Positions 37,830 through 50,752 of a stretch of 64,000 bases of DNA are shown in pieces. Source of the stretch: Candidatus Peribacterales bacterium (GTDB taxonomy: Bacteria; Patescibacteriota; Gracilibacteria; Peribacterales; Peribacteraceae); contig DATDWL010000012.1 in assembly GCA_035289645.1 (NCBI GenBank), positions 1,818 to 65,817 on the forward strand. The letters are read 5' to 3'. Under the pieces are notes generated by a model. The model was not told the DNA's origin. It did not search any database and saw nothing but the letters and a program-made list of their open reading frames with translations. The position numbers and the translations under genes were made by a program. Numbering within the stretch: the first letter of the stretch is position 1; each line of letters starts with the position of its first letter.

Positions 37830-39153
37830 CGTGGTCTTTTTTGCACTGCTTGTCATCATCGCCAATGGTTCCAAAATCAACCGTGATGCAGGTAGGCGTA
37901 CCAATTTCATCTTGCCTGCGGTAGCGCTTACCAATGGAACCCGTGACATCAAAATCAAGACGAAGATCTAAGTTCGTATTGAGGAGTTCATATACCTCCT
38001 GTGCTTTTTTCACGAGTCTTTCGTCTTTGCTTAAGGGAAGGATGGCAACTTGTACCGGGGCAAGGCGCGGATGGAATTTCATCACAATGCGATCTTCCCC
38101 GTTGTCGAGCTTCTCTTCGTGATACGCATCGAGGAGGATGACAAGCGTCAGGCGAGAGAGTCCAAATGTCGGCTCGATGACATGGGGGATGAATTTCTCA
38201 TTCGTATCCGGATCCGTGTATTGTAAATCTTCCCCGCTTTGTTCCATATGATTTTTAAGATCAAAATCCGTTCGATAGGCGAGGCCGAAGAGCTCTTTCC
38301 ATCCGAATGGCGTCTCGTACTCCACATCAACTGTCCGTTTCGAATAGTGCGAAAGCTCGTCTTCCGTGTGTTGTCGCACACGGAGCTTCTTTGCATCGAC
38401 CCCCAAATCATTGAGCCACTTTTGCTGTTCTTTAAGCCAAAAATCAAAATACTGCTCCCAGTCTCCTTCGCGGATAAAGTATTCAAATTCCATGAGATCG
38501 AACTCGAGCGTTCGGAAAATGAAGTTCCCGGGTGTGATCTCGTTTCGGAATGCTTTGCCCGTAGATGCGATACCAAACGGTAGACGCTTGCGCGTCGTCG
38601 TGAGAACATTTTTAAAGTTGACGAACATCGCCTGCGCAATTTCTCCTCGAAGATAAATATCGCGACTCTCCCCCCCTTCGATTGCGCCAAATGAGGTTCG
38701 GAAAAGGAGATTGAACGTTCTTGCTTCCGTAAATTTTCCTTTGGCGCCGCATCGAGGGCATGCAATTTTCTTCTCGCTGATGATGGCTGTGAGCTCTTTT
38801 GGTAAAAGTCCATCGGCTTTCATCTCTGGGAATTTCTCCTCGATCAGATGATCCGCGCGAAACCGCGCCTTGCATTCTTTGCAGTCGATCATCGCATCGT
38901 TGAAGTTTGCAACGTGCCCACTCGCTTCCCACACTTTCGGGTTCATCATAATTGCGGCGTCGATCATCACCATATCCTGCCGTTTATAAATGAACCGCTT
39001 CAGCCAGAAGTTCCGGATGTTTTCCTTTAAAACCGCACCTAAAGGGCCAAAATCCCAACTATTGGCAAGACCGCCGTAAATCTCGGACCCAGGGAACACA
39101 AAGCCGCGGCGTTTGCTGAGAGAAACGATCTGATCGAGGGATGTCGCTGCCAT
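37744..39153 (-). CDS. glyQS: Glycine--tRNA ligase (class II, homodimeric type)
   Basis: LSKRRGFVFPGSEIYGGLANSWDFGPLG, RPETAQ-equivalent RGEIAQAMF, Zn-like CKECK..CPRCG insertion, C-terminal anticodon-binding domain. ATG at 39153 preferred. Confidence 0.9.
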   Translation of the reverse strand: MAATSLDQIVSLSKRRGFVFPGSEIYGGLANSWDFGPLGAVLKENIRNFWLKRFIYKRQDMVMIDAAIMMNPKVWEASGHVANFNDAMIDCKECKARFRADHLIEEKFPEMKADGLLPKELTAIISEKKIACPRCGAKGKFTEARTFNLLFRTSFGAIEGGESRDIYLRGEIAQAMFVNFKNVLTTTRKRLPFGIASTGKAFRNEITPGNFIFRTLEFDLMEFEYFIREGDWEQYFDFWLKEQQKWLNDLGVDAKKLRVRQHTEDELSHYSKRTVDVEYETPFGWKELFGLAYRTDFDLKNHMEQSGEDLQYTDPDTNEKFIPHVIEPTFGLSRLTLVILLDAYHEEKLDNGEDRIVMKFHPRLAPVQVAILPLSKDERLVKKAQEVYELLNTNLDLRLDFDVTGSIGKRYRRQDEIGTPTCITVDFGTIGDDDKQCKKDHVTVRDRDSLKQEEIPISRLSSLLETRSA

Positions 39154-39228
39154 AGGTAAAGAATAGCAGAATCTATACCATCCCCCATCATTGCCCGCCA
39201 TCTAAATCTCGTCTACAATCGAACACTA

Positions 39229-40593
39229 ATGGCCGATCCTAAATATCGCACCCCCAAGGGCACATACGACATCCTCCCCGAGCTGCAGCAATACCATACG
39301 TACATCAAAAAGGCCGTTCGCCATCGGGCTCGCCAAGCGGGATTTAAGCGGATTGATACGCCGATATTCGAGAATCGTGAAGTGTTCGATCGCGGCGTCG
39401 GTCTGCATACCGATATCGTCGAAAAAGAACTTTTTACGGTGGCACGAAAGGGTTCTGCTTTAGATGATAAAGATAGCGAAAAGGATGCATGGGCGCTGCG
39501 GCCAGAACCAACCGCTCCGATCTGCCGCGCTTACATCGAACACGGTATGCACCTATTGCCGCAGCCGGTACAGCTCTACGTCATGGGCCCCATGTTCCGG
39601 TATGATCGTCCGCAAAAGGGGCGCTTTCGCGAGTTTCGACAATTTGGATTCGAGGCCATCGGCATTGCGGATCCGAGTATCGATGCGCAACTTATTAACG
39701 TCCTCAGTCACATCTTTAAAGATTTACAAATCTTTGATCGACTCAAGCTCCAGATCAATAACATCGGCGATGCTGAAAGCCGCCAGGCATTCAAACAGGC
39801 TCTGCTCGACTTCTTTGTAGGAAAAGAACGAAATCTCTGCGAGGATTGCCAGCGACGCCTCCAATCAAATTCGCTGAGAATTCTCGATTGCAAAAATGAG
39901 GACTGTCGAATCCTTGTCAAAATGGCTCCGAAGCTTGTGAACCACGTAAAAAAGGAAAGTCGGGAGTTTCATGAGACTCTTCTTGAATACCTCACCGAGT
40001 ACAAAATCCCCTACGAAGAAAATGCAAATCTTGTTCGCGGTCTAGATTATTACAATCAAACCGTTTTTGAGTTTTGGGATGCTTCGTTGGGCGCACAGAA
40101 TTCTGTCGCAGGCGGAGGAAGATACGACGGCCTCATCGAGCTCCTCGGCGGCCCCAACACCCCCGCAATCGGCTTTGGCTGCGGTATGGAGAGAGTGGTC
40201 TACCATATGAAGGAAGTCGGCGTCGCTCCACCTATGAAGGATCAAGTGGATGTTTTTGTGGCACAACTCGGTCCCGAAGCAAAAAAGAAGTGTCTACTCT
40301 TGATCGAGGCGCTTCGCGAAATGGGAGTCCATACAATCGGCGCACTCGGCGAGGCAAGCTTGAAGAGCCAAATGCGTCTCGCGGATAAATTTGAGTCTCG
40401 CTACACACTGCTTCTTGGACAAATGGAAGTGAAAGAGAACACCATCATCCTGCGGGATATGAAGGCGGGAAAACAATCTTCAATGAAGTTTAGCGAAGCG
40501 ATCCCCAAAGTCATCGAACTCCTTGGTGCGAATACATTGGATACATACACCATCAAAGATCATCTGGGCGGATTTAAGCAGGAAATTGAGTGA
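39229..40593 (+). CDS. hisS: Histidine--tRNA ligase
   Basis: PKGTYDILP, LRPEPTAPICRAY, MFRYDRPQKGRFREFRQFG, GGGRYDGL motifs. Confidence 0.92.
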   Translation: MADPKYRTPKGTYDILPELQQYHTYIKKAVRHRARQAGFKRIDTPIFENREVFDRGVGLHTDIVEKELFTVARKGSALDDKDSEKDAWALRPEPTAPICRAYIEHGMHLLPQPVQLYVMGPMFRYDRPQKGRFREFRQFGFEAIGIADPSIDAQLINVLSHIFKDLQIFDRLKLQINNIGDAESRQAFKQALLDFFVGKERNLCEDCQRRLQSNSLRILDCKNEDCRILVKMAPKLVNHVKKESREFHETLLEYLTEYKIPYEENANLVRGLDYYNQTVFEFWDASLGAQNSVAGGGRYDGLIELLGGPNTPAIGFGCGMERVVYHMKEVGVAPPMKDQVDVFVAQLGPEAKKKCLLLIEALREMGVHTIGALGEASLKSQMRLADKFESRYTLLLGQMEVKENTIILRDMKAGKQSSMKFSEAIPKVIELLGANTLDTYTIKDHLGGFKQEIE

Positions 40594-40607
40594 TGTATCT
40601 GTGCTGA

Positions 40608-42779
<2,172 letters not shown>

Positions 42780-42803
42780 TCATATTCCTTCACAAATATC
42801 AAT

Positions 42804-43670
42804 ATGAAACATCCGAATCGTTCGTCTGTTCTTATTGGTGCTGCGCTGCTCGGCATTGTTGCCGTCATTGCCATTATTCTTAGCGTCACTCGCGATAATA
42901 GCCTCACTGCCGAAGTAACATCGAGTTTGCAGACACAAAGCGGACTCCAGTGCCCAACCCCGATACAAGGGAAATATCCCTCTGCGACATATGTTGGAAA
43001 TGGGGAACATCCCCACAAAGCAAAAGCCGTAGAGCTCGCACAAGCAAACGCAATGCAAAAATACATGATGGATGGGACGAACGGTCCTGCGACAATCATA
43101 AAGGCTGCAACCACTGACCTCTCGGCGAAGTGCAGTGCTCATCCTGATTGTAAAGGCCCTCTCCCCGGACAAGCCCTTTGCAATAGTCTCACGACCGATG
43201 AAAAGATCGCCGGATGTCCTGCGTCCGCAACAATAACTCAGGATCTAGGTACCACCAGCAAACCATTTTGGAAAGCACAGGTAACTTGCTCGTGGGAATT
43301 CACTTGTAAAAATACCTGCGAAGCTGATGGCTGCCCCGATGCTCTTAAGGAGGCAGGAGGTACAGTCGATTATCCAGTCAATAATCCTACGGAATTGCTG
43401 CAAAGACAGCAGCAGTGTGCTGCATGGGCTGCAAATAATCGACCAGAGTGTGGTAGTAAAAGTTGCACCGCTGTGTCGTATAAAGATGGAATGGTGAACA
43501 AGGGCGGCAAGGCGTGGTGTCAATCCATCGCAATTTGCAAAAAAAACATAGTCGATAATTCAGTACCTCCTTCGACCACTATTCCTCCATCAAGCGGTGG
43601 GCAGGGTGGTACGAATGCATCATCTCCAATGCCACCTGCGGTGCCTGGACAGACCACCACGATGCCATAA
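42804..43670 (+). CDS. Hypothetical Cys-rich secreted/anchored protein
   Basis: N-terminal TM/signal (VLIGAALLGIVAVIAIIL), many Cys, Pro/Ser/Thr-rich C-terminus. Confidence 0.5.
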   Translation: MKHPNRSSVLIGAALLGIVAVIAIILSVTRDNSLTAEVTSSLQTQSGLQCPTPIQGKYPSATYVGNGEHPHKAKAVELAQANAMQKYMMDGTNGPATIIKAATTDLSAKCSAHPDCKGPLPGQALCNSLTTDEKIAGCPASATITQDLGTTSKPFWKAQVTCSWEFTCKNTCEADGCPDALKEAGGTVDYPVNNPTELLQRQQQCAAWAANNRPECGSKSCTAVSYKDGMVNKGGKAWCQSIAICKKNIVDNSVPPSTTIPPSSGGQGGTNASSPMPPAVPGQTTTMP

Positions 43671-43690
43671 AAAAATTCAGAAGAACAAAG

Positions 43691-43717
43691 AGAGCGGGTC
43701 ACCCCCGCTCTTTTTTT
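43691..43717 (+). terminator. Rho-independent terminator, possibly bidirectional (also follows secY)
   Basis: AGAGCGGG-TCACC-CCCGCTCT followed by a T7 run. An A-rich run precedes it on the other side. Confidence 0.75.
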
Positions 43718-45005
43718 ATGCAAGTTTTTCGTAATCATGCGCGAGGAGTTGCGCATTGATCTGACGGATGAGCTCGAGCACGACGCCAACGACAATGATC
43801 ATTCCGGAACCGGAGATGATGAGATCTTGTGAGCTGAGCGATGAATACTTAGTGAAGATGAGCGGCACAATGGCGATGGTGCCAAGGAAAACGCCACCCC
43901 ACAGATTGAGGTGGTTGCTCGTTTTTGCCAACACTTCCGCTGTGGAACGTCCCGGACGAATGCCGGGAATAAAGCCGCCGCGCTTCTGAATATCTTCCGC
44001 TATCTGCTCCGGACGGAATGTCACCGACACGTAGAAGTACGTGAAAAGAAGAACAAGAGCAAAATAGAGAACAATGTAGAGCGTGGAGGGATTATTGGCA
44101 TTCAGATTCTCATTAATAAACTGCACCAAGCGCGCGAAGCGGGGCGCGGTCTGGAGGAATTGAGCGATAATCCCCGGGAACGTAATGAGTGAAACCGCGA
44201 AAATGATGGGGATCATGCCCGCTTGATTAATGCGAATGGGAATGCCGCCTTGCACTCCGCGTCCCGCACCCTGGTTCGCATAGGTAATGGGGATGAGGCG
44301 GTGTGCTTCGGTAAAGAGCACGACAGCAATAAGAAGGAGAACTGAGAGAATCGAGAAGAAGATGAATGGCCCCTGCTTGCCGGCACCCGAAACAAACATA
44401 TTGCTGAGCGTTGCAGGAATGCCGGAAACAATCCCTGTAAAGATGATGAGCGAGATCCCGTTGCCAATTCCCTTCTCTGTCATCACCTCCCCCATCCACA
44501 TGAGGAAGAGCGCACCAGAGGCAACAATGATCATAGGGGCAAGCACTCCCGGGAACGATGTATCGATCAATTGGCCTCCAAGCTGTGCTGCACCGGAATT
44601 GAGGAGGAGGAGAAAACCGTAGCTCTGAAGAAACGCGAGCGGGAACGTGAGGTAACGGGTGTAGCGGTTAATCTTTTGTTGTCCCTGTTGTCCTTCTTTT
44701 GCCATTGCCTCAAGCTTGGGGAAAATGACTGTGCAAAGTTGCAGGATGATGGAGGCATTAATGTACGGAGAAAGACCGAGGAGAACGATCGAAAAATTAT
44801 CGATGGCTCCTCCCGTGAGCGCTGCAAAAACTCCCAGTGCTCCACCGGTGCCACGAGCACTGAGGAAGTTCCGGAGTGCAGTCTCATCCGCGCCAGGCAC
44901 GGGAATATGAGCAACGATTCTGTAGAGAACAAGGAGCGCCAAAGTGATGAGGATGCGTTTGCGCAAATCCTCGGATTTCCAAAGCTGATGGAGATAGCGA
45001 AACAT
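43716..45005 (-). CDS. secY: Preprotein translocase subunit SecY
   Basis: 10-TM pattern, LRKRILITLALLVLYRI..PGAD N-terminus. Located downstream of rplO. Confidence 0.93.
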   Translation of the reverse strand: MFRYLHQLWKSEDLRKRILITLALLVLYRIVAHIPVPGADETALRNFLSARGTGGALGVFAALTGGAIDNFSIVLLGLSPYINASIILQLCTVIFPKLEAMAKEGQQGQQKINRYTRYLTFPLAFLQSYGFLLLLNSGAAQLGGQLIDTSFPGVLAPMIIVASGALFLMWMGEVMTEKGIGNGISLIIFTGIVSGIPATLSNMFVSGAGKQGPFIFFSILSVLLLIAVVLFTEAHRLIPITYANQGAGRGVQGGIPIRINQAGMIPIIFAVSLITFPGIIAQFLQTAPRFARLVQFINENLNANNPSTLYIVLYFALVLLFTYFYVSVTFRPEQIAEDIQKRGGFIPGIRPGRSTAEVLAKTSNHLNLWGGVFLGTIAIVPLIFTKYSSLSSQDLIISGSGMIIVVGVVLELIRQINAQLLAHDYEKLA

Positions 45006-45451
45006 TAGACAAAAGTCACGGAACCGCCTGCTTTTAGAATTGCTTCACGGGCGCTTTTACTCGCCGCATTCACTGTCAGATCAAATTTCTTTGTCACCTT
45101 TCCTTCTCCTAAAATCTTCACAGGCAGTGCGCCATCGACAACGCGCGACTCCCGCAGTGATGCAAGATCGTACGCACCAGCCGGGAGAACTTCCTCCAAA
45201 GTGCCAATATTCACGACTTCGAATGTTTCGCGCGTGGGATTTGTAAATCCTCCAAGCTTCGGCTGCCTCCGGATCATTGGCACCTGACCTCCTTCGAATC
45301 CAATGGGCTTTCCTCGTCCCGCTCGTGCTTGCTCCCCCTTACACCCATGGCAACTGAACGTGCCACGGCGCGACCCGTTGCCGCGACCAACGCGGACTCT
45401 GCCTTTTCGTGCGCCTTTGGCTGGCTGAAGCGTATTGAGCATGTGGAGCAT
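45005..45451 (-). CDS. rplO: 50S ribosomal protein L15
   Basis: LNTLQPAKGARKGRVRVGRGNGS..G.KGEQARAG. Confidence 0.9.
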   Translation of the reverse strand: MLHMLNTLQPAKGARKGRVRVGRGNGSRRGTFSCHGCKGEQARAGRGKPIGFEGGQVPMIRRQPKLGGFTNPTRETFEVVNIGTLEEVLPAGAYDLASLRESRVVDGALPVKILGEGKVTKKFDLTVNAASKSAREAILKAGGSVTFV

Positions 45452-45529
45452 ACGGTAGCAGGAGAAAAGCCTATAGAAAAGGGTTTTGAAGGAATATTTT
45501 CGAATGTCTCCCGTACCTACCTTACTTTT

Positions 45530-46048
45530 TTACCCCTTCTTTTCCACCGCCTGTTTCGGCTTCCGAAGCAGCGCCAATGCCTGTATGGCGGCCTGCGCAT
45601 TCACCACAGTATTGCTTGTCCCATACCTTTTGCTCAGAACATTTTTGACGCCAGCAAGATCAAGAATCGGTCGCAAGGCGCCACCGGCGATGATTCCCGT
45701 TCCCGTTGATGCAGGGAGCAGACGAATACGCGCGGCCTTGAATTTATGATCGATGGCATGCGGGATAGTATCTTTGATGATCGGAACATCGATCATATGG
45801 CGCTTTGCATCGGAAACAGCTTTTTGAACCGCACTCTGTACTTCGCCGCTTTTCCCCATGCCGATCCCCACCTTGCCTTTGCGATTACCAATAACGACCG
45901 TTGCACGGAACCGCATACGACGACCCCCCTTCACCACACGCGTAACGCGCGCCACTTGCAGTACATGCTCATCAAACTCCTTGGGTTCGCGATCACGCCT
46001 GCCACGATCTTTCCCTTTGCGCCGATCATCTTTGGTCGATTTTGCCAT
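45530..46048 (-). CDS. rpsE: 30S ribosomal protein S5
   Basis: RVTRVVKGGRRMRFRATVVIGNRKGKVGIGMGKS. Confidence 0.92.
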   Translation of the reverse strand: MAKSTKDDRRKGKDRGRRDREPKEFDEHVLQVARVTRVVKGGRRMRFRATVVIGNRKGKVGIGMGKSGEVQSAVQKAVSDAKRHMIDVPIIKDTIPHAIDHKFKAARIRLLPASTGTGIIAGGALRPILDLAGVKNVLSKRYGTSNTVVNAQAAIQALALLRKPKQAVEKKG

Positions 46049-46071
46049 GGAAAGAAAAAGGAGAGGAAGAA

Positions 46072-46413
46072 CTAAAACTCAAGACCACCTTCGCGTGCCG
46101 CATCTGCCAAAGCCTTTACGCGACCGTGATACTTGTAACCCGAGCGATCAAAAATGACCGTGCCAATCTTGGCTTTCTTTGCTTTGTCGGCAATTAACTT
46201 CCCCAGCTTTGTAGCCCCCTCCGTTGTCAGCGTAGCATTGATCTCTTTCAAAGAGGCGGAAACAAGCGTCTTCCCCGCTGCATCATCAATGAGTTGCACA
46301 TACATACCCCTCAGAGAACGGTAAACGCTCATGCGAGGACGCTCCAGAGTCCCATGGATACGGGAGCGAATGCGGCGCTTTCTGCGAAGCCGATGTTGGA
46401 GCTTAGGAAGCAT
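46072..46413 (-). CDS. rplR: 50S ribosomal protein L18
   Basis: RRKRRIRSRI.G...RPRMSVYRSLRGMYVQLIDD. Confidence 0.9.
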   Translation of the reverse strand: MLPKLQHRLRRKRRIRSRIHGTLERPRMSVYRSLRGMYVQLIDDAAGKTLVSASLKEINATLTTEGATKLGKLIADKAKKAKIGTVIFDRSGYKYHGRVKALADAAREGGLEF

Positions 46414-46422
46414 GGTGAGAAA

Positions 46423-46977
46423 TTATTCGGTGCCTTTGGCGGCAGCTTTACCGACTTTCCGTGGCACAAATTCACCGACGTAGCGGATACCTTTTCCTTT
46501 GTATGGCTCTGGCGGGCGGTAACTGCGGATATCGGCAGCTACTTGTCCTACCTTCGCTTTGTCGATTCCGGTGATAGTGAGAATTTGCTTGTTCTCCGCA
46601 TCATTCTGGATATCGATTCCTTCCGGCGCTTTAAACTCGACCGGATGCGAGAATCCAAGACTGAGCGAAACTGATTTTCCCTTCGCCTGCGCCTTATACC
46701 CCACACCAATGATCTCGAGCTTTTTCACGTACCCTGCACTCACTCCTTCGATCATGTTCGCAAGCAACTGGCGCACAAGCCCATGGCGCGCCCGCGAGGA
46801 TCGCTCATCATTCTTTCTTTCGACGACAACGAATTGACCGTCGACCTTCACAGAAATTTCTGGCAAGAGCGGAATTTTCAATTCTCCCTTGGGACCCTTT
46901 ACAGACAACAGAGCGCCCTTCACTTCGACAGTGACTCCTGCGGGAACCGGTACTGGCTTTTTTCCTATGCGAGACAT
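46423..46977 (-). CDS. rplF: 50S ribosomal protein L6
   Basis: MSRIGKKPVPVPAGVTVEV. The ATG at 46977 abuts the rpsH stop; the longer ORF (to 47082) overlaps rpsH. Confidence 0.9.
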   Translation of the reverse strand: MSRIGKKPVPVPAGVTVEVKGALLSVKGPKGELKIPLLPEISVKVDGQFVVVERKNDERSSRARHGLVRQLLANMIEGVSAGYVKKLEIIGVGYKAQAKGKSVSLSLGFSHPVEFKAPEGIDIQNDAENKQILTITGIDKAKVGQVAADIRSYRPPEPYKGKGIRYVGEFVPRKVGKAAAKGTE

Positions 46978-46978
46978 G

Positions 46979-47365
46979 TCATGAGATGGTACAGAGAATT
47001 TCTCCACCGACATTTTGGGCTTTCGCTTCACGATCGGAAAGCACGCCTTTGCTTGTTGTGAGTACGGCAATACCGAATCCACTGAGAACGGGCCTCAGCG
47101 CACTTTTGCCGCTGTACAGGCGTCGTCCGGGAGCACTCACGCGCAGGAGAGCGAGTTTCGGATACTCGGGGCTAAACGTGATCGTGATTATTTTGTCTTT
47201 TCCTTCTCCCTCTATGGATACGTCTGCAATAAAACCTTCGCGCTTCAGCACATCGCAAATCTCTTCCTTGTGCCGCGACCACGGGCACACGCACGAAGAG
47301 GAGCGCACATGCTGGGCATTGCGCATTCGTGTGAGCATATCGCCAATGGGATCAGAGACAGGCAT
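46979..47365 (-). CDS. rpsH: 30S ribosomal protein S8
   Basis: MPVSDPIGDMLTRMRNAQ. Confidence 0.92.
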   Translation of the reverse strand: MPVSDPIGDMLTRMRNAQHVRSSSCVCPWSRHKEEICDVLKREGFIADVSIEGEGKDKIITITFSPEYPKLALLRVSAPGRRLYSGKSALRPVLSGFGIAVLTTSKGVLSDREAKAQNVGGEILCTIS

Positions 47366-47375
47366 AAGAAGAGGG

Positions 47376-47600
47376 TTACCAGGATGCTTTTGTCACACCG
47401 GGCACTTCCCCGTTTGCCGCAAGTTCGCGGAAACAGATTCGGCAAATGCCGAAGAAACCAATATAGCCGCGCGGGCGGCCACAGAATTCACAACGATTGT
47501 AAACGCGAGTCGGAAATTTTGGCTTACGACCCTCCTGCAGTGCCTTAAGGTACTGCTCTTTGTGCATCTTTTGCTTATGGACAATCGCTGTACGAGCCAT
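47376..47600 (-). CDS. rpsN: 30S ribosomal protein S14, zinc-binding (type Z-like)
   Basis: [34 protein letters not shown] (CxxC..CxxC). Confidence 0.88.
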   Translation of the reverse strand: MARTAIVHKQKMHKEQYLKALQEGRKPKFPTRVYNRCEFCGRPRGYIGFFGICRICFRELAANGEVPGVTKASW

Positions 47601-47674
47601 GGAGAGTGAGAAAATAACTCGGGAAGTATAGGGTCTAAAATGAACAGGGGGAAGACAAAAAGCGGAAAAACTGC

Positions 47675-48265
47675 CTATTCTTGGTCCTTCGACTTCTTAC
47701 CGGAACCGCGTTCCGCTTCCTTGCGGAAAGGTATTCCAATCTCTTCAAACAGCATGCGGGAGGCATCGTCACCGGTTGATTTTGTTGCAATGGTAATTTG
47801 CATACCGAAGAGCCGGGAGGCATCGGATGGTGGCGTTACTTCCGGGAATACGGTGTGCTCCCGCAGTCCGATTGAATAATTACCATGACCATCGAGCGCG
47901 GCAGGAACGCCACGAAAATCGCGGACGCGAGGGAGTGCAATATGCACAAGCTTGTCGAGGAACGCCTCCATATGTTTCCCGCGGAGCGTGACAACGGCGC
48001 CGACGACGGAGCCTTCGCGGATTTTAAAGTTACTCACCGCCTTGCGTGCGAGACGAAAGACGGGCTTCTGGCCGGTAATTTGCTTAAGACTTTCGGCAAT
48101 ATATTCCCTCATTTCCTTACTATCCATTTTGGCAATGTTGATTCCAACGTTCACCACCACCTTCTCGATACGCGGAACCGCAAGTGCGTTTTTGACGCCG
48201 AGGCGCTTTTTGAGTGAATCCGTGATCGGACCGCGAAGCCTATCGTGGAGGGAGCTGAATGCCAT
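47675..48265 (-). CDS. rplE: 50S ribosomal protein L5
   Basis: [35 protein letters not shown]. Confidence 0.92.
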   Translation of the reverse strand: MAFSSLHDRLRGPITDSLKKRLGVKNALAVPRIEKVVVNVGINIAKMDSKEMREYIAESLKQITGQKPVFRLARKAVSNFKIREGSVVGAVVTLRGKHMEAFLDKLVHIALPRVRDFRGVPAALDGHGNYSIGLREHTVFPEVTPPSDASRLFGMQITIATKSTGDDASRMLFEEIGIPFRKEAERGSGKKSKDQE

Positions 48266-48270
48266 ACGTA

Positions 48271-48669
48271 TTATGCGGAAGTGGAGGAAGATTTCTTTTT
48301 CGAATCTGCCGTTTTTTCCTGCGGCTTCTCATCGCCCTCTATGAGCTTTTTTAGCTTCTTGCCAGTCACCAATTGCTCGCCGCTTTTCTTGGCAAAACGC
48401 TCCTTCACATTATCCTTTATTCTGTAGCCGATGCGTGTTGGCTTTTTTGTCTTCGGGTCCACAGCCATGACATTACTCACATGAATCGATGCTTCGTAAC
48501 GTACGACTCTGCCTGGCGACTGGGATGTTTTGCGGATATGGCGCGTACGCATATTAATGCCAGCAACAACCACGCGTCCCTGCTCCTGGAGAACCCGGAG
48601 GATGCGCCCCGTCTTGCTCTTATCTTTGCCAGTGATGATAACGACGAGATCGCCGGTATGGAGCCTCAT
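48271..48669 (-). CDS. rplX: 50S ribosomal protein L24 (with Lys-rich C-terminal extension)
   Basis: [29 protein letters not shown] motif. Confidence 0.9.
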   Translation of the reverse strand: MRLHTGDLVVIITGKDKSKTGRILRVLQEQGRVVVAGINMRTRHIRKTSQSPGRVVRYEASIHVSNVMAVDPKTKKPTRIGYRIKDNVKERFAKKSGEQLVTGKKLKKLIEGDEKPQEKTADSKKKSSSTSA

Positions 48670-49034
48670 AAAACATCGGGGGCTAAAGAGACGATTTTCT
48701 GATAACCGCGTGTACGGAGTTCGCGCGCAACCGGACCGAAGACGCGCGTTCCTTTTGGTTCGCCGTCACCACCAATAATGACGCAGGCGTTTTCGTCGAA
48801 CCGGATACCACTGCCATCACTCCGATGCGTCATATCCTTCGTACGAACGATGACCGCCTTCTCCACTGCCTTTTTCTTCACGATGCCGCGAGGCGTTGCT
48901 TCTTTTACCGCAACAACGATGACATCGCCGATATGCGCATAGCGCCTTCGTGTACCACCGAGCACCTTGATGCACTGCACCAGTTTGGCGCCCGTATTAT
49001 CTGCAACGGCAAGATATGTCTGTTGCTGAATCAT
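48666..49034 (-). CDS. rplN: 50S ribosomal protein L14
   Basis: [17 protein letters not shown].. Confidence 0.95.
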   Translation of the reverse strand: MIQQQTYLAVADNTGAKLVQCIKVLGGTRRRYAHIGDVIVVAVKEATPRGIVKKKAVEKAVIVRTKDMTHRSDGSGIRFDENACVIIGGDGEPKGTRVFGPVARELRTRGYQKIVSLAPDVL

Positions 49035-49345
49035 TATGCTATAGGGGAAAGAGTTTTTCTCTTACCGGATGCTGTCGCAAGCTCTTCTTCCAAGGATTCC
49101 TGCTGCGTGAGTCCGGCAGCAAGCACTTCGATGACTTTAAAGTGTTTGCGCTTACTCAATGGTTTGCATTCGCCAATAAGCACCATATCGCCTTCGTGCA
49201 CAGACATACCATTTGTATCCGCAAGAAACTTTTTACTGACAGGAAACCTCTTCTTGTAGATCGGATGAGTCACATAGCGAGTCACCACCACTGCAACGGT
49301 ATTCTGCATCTTTGCCGATGTAACGGTGCCCTTTTTTGTGCGCAT
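49034..49345 (-). CDS. rpsQ: 30S ribosomal protein S17
   Basis: [34 protein letters not shown] at 49345 chosen because the longer ORF overlaps rpmC. Confidence 0.85.
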   Translation of the reverse strand: MRTKKGTVTSAKMQNTVAVVVTRYVTHPIYKKRFPVSKKFLADTNGMSVHEGDMVLIGECKPLSKRKHFKVIEVLAAGLTQQESLEEELATASGKRKTLSPIA

Positions 49346-49370
49346 GGGATGAAGAAAAGAGAGGAGTGAA

Positions 49371-49649
49371 TTAACGCCGCGAAGCGGCTTTTGTCTCGGC
49401 GACATCGGGTTTCTTGGCCGCCGGAGCAGGCATGGTAGAGCGAGAAGCTTGCATCCGCAACGAAGAAAGCACCGTAAACATGCGAGCAAGCTGGCGCTTA
49501 GCATCGTTGAGAAGATGAGTATTTTTTTCGGATCCGCCACCTATGCCGTGATGCAAGCGGGCAATCACATGGCGCTGCTCATCGATTTCTCTCAGGAGAT
49601 CGCTTTCCTGCATATTCAGAAGCTCGACCATGGTGAGAATTTTCGTCAT
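49371..49649 (-). CDS. rpmC: 50S ribosomal protein L29 (C-terminally extended)
   Basis: Position between rplP and rps[25 protein letters not shown] pattern. Confidence 0.8.
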   Translation of the reverse strand: MTKILTMVELLNMQESDLLREIDEQRHVIARLHHGIGGGSEKNTHLLNDAKRQLARMFTVLSSLRMQASRSTMPAPAAKKPDVAETKAASRR

Positions 49650-50065
49650 GAACGGATGCGGTACACAGTCTTTGTTGTAACGGGAAGCTTATGCGAGGCT
49701 AAGCGCAACGCTTCGCGTGCGGATTCGGGAGTGAGACCGTCGAGTTCGAACAAAATCGTGCCGGGTTTTACCAACGCAACGTAATATTCCACGGAACCCT
49801 TTCCCGATCCCATCGGCACCTCGGCAGCCTTGCGAGTGATTGGCTTGTGGGGAAAAATGCGAATCCAGATTTTTCCTCCTCGCTTTAGGTTATGCGTCAT
49901 TGCTCGTCTTGCAGCCTCGATCTGTCGCGACGTAATCTCTCCCGGTTCCAAAGCCTTTAACCCCACCGAGCCGAATGCAAGTTGAGCACCGCGAGTCGCC
50001 TTGCCGCGGAACGATCCGCGGAGGCGGTGCTGTTTCCGATACTTGGTCTTAATGGGTTGCAGCAT
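49646..50065 (-). CDS. rplP: 50S ribosomal protein L16
   Basis: [16 protein letters not shown].. Confidence 0.95.
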   Translation of the reverse strand: MLQPIKTKYRKQHRLRGSFRGKATRGAQLAFGSVGLKALEPGEITSRQIEAARRAMTHNLKRGGKIWIRIFPHKPITRKAAEVPMGSGKGSVEYYVALVKPGTILFELDGLTPESAREALRLASHKLPVTTKTVYRIRS

Positions 50066-50071
50066 AAATAA

Positions 50072-50737
50072 TCAGGAGAGTTCGATGGAAGCAGACTGGG
50101 CTTCTTGGACTTTTTTAAACACCATTCCGGTATACACCCACACCTTGACTCCAATCGTTCCGTAACCCGTCATGGAATGGACGACGGCAAATTGAATATT
50201 GGCGCGAAGGGTATGGAGCGGGACATTGCCGTCTTTAAAGAGATCAGCACGTGCGATCTCCGCACCGTTCAAACGGCCGGCGACGCGCACTTTTACCCCA
50301 AGAACGCCAGCTTGCATCGCCTTTTCGATTCCCATCTTCACCGCTCGCCGGTAGGGCATCCTCCGCTCAATTTGTCCTTTAATCGTCTCGGCAATAACGT
50401 AGGCATTGGCATCGGGATTTCGGATCTCACGAATATTCACTTCGAAAGGTTCATGGAATTTTAGTTCGAGGCTCTTTCGGAGCTCTTCGATTGCCGCACC
50501 CTGCTTGCCGATAATAATGCCCGGCTTGCTCGTATGAATGGCAACGGACACCTTCTTCGTCCGATCAATCTCGATACGCGAAACTCCGGCATCCTTCACC
50601 TTGTCCATGATGAAGCGTCGAATGAAGACGTCATCACGGAAGATTTGCCCGTATTTCTTTCGTCCAGCAAACCACATACTCGGCCACTGCGTCGTAATGC
50701 CGAGTCGGAAGCCGTTGGGGTTTACTTTTTGTCCCAT
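50072..50737 (-). CDS. rpsC: 30S ribosomal protein S3
   Basis: MGQKVNPNGFRLGI.. KH domain. Confidence 0.95.
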   Translation of the reverse strand: MGQKVNPNGFRLGITTQWPSMWFAGRKKYGQIFRDDVFIRRFIMDKVKDAGVSRIEIDRTKKVSVAIHTSKPGIIIGKQGAAIEELRKSLELKFHEPFEVNIREIRNPDANAYVIAETIKGQIERRMPYRRAVKMGIEKAMQAGVLGVKVRVAGRLNGAEIARADLFKDGNVPLHTLRANIQFAVVHSMTGYGTIGVKVWVYTGMVFKKVQEAQSASIELS

Positions 50738-50752
50738 AGAGGAGAGGAAGAG

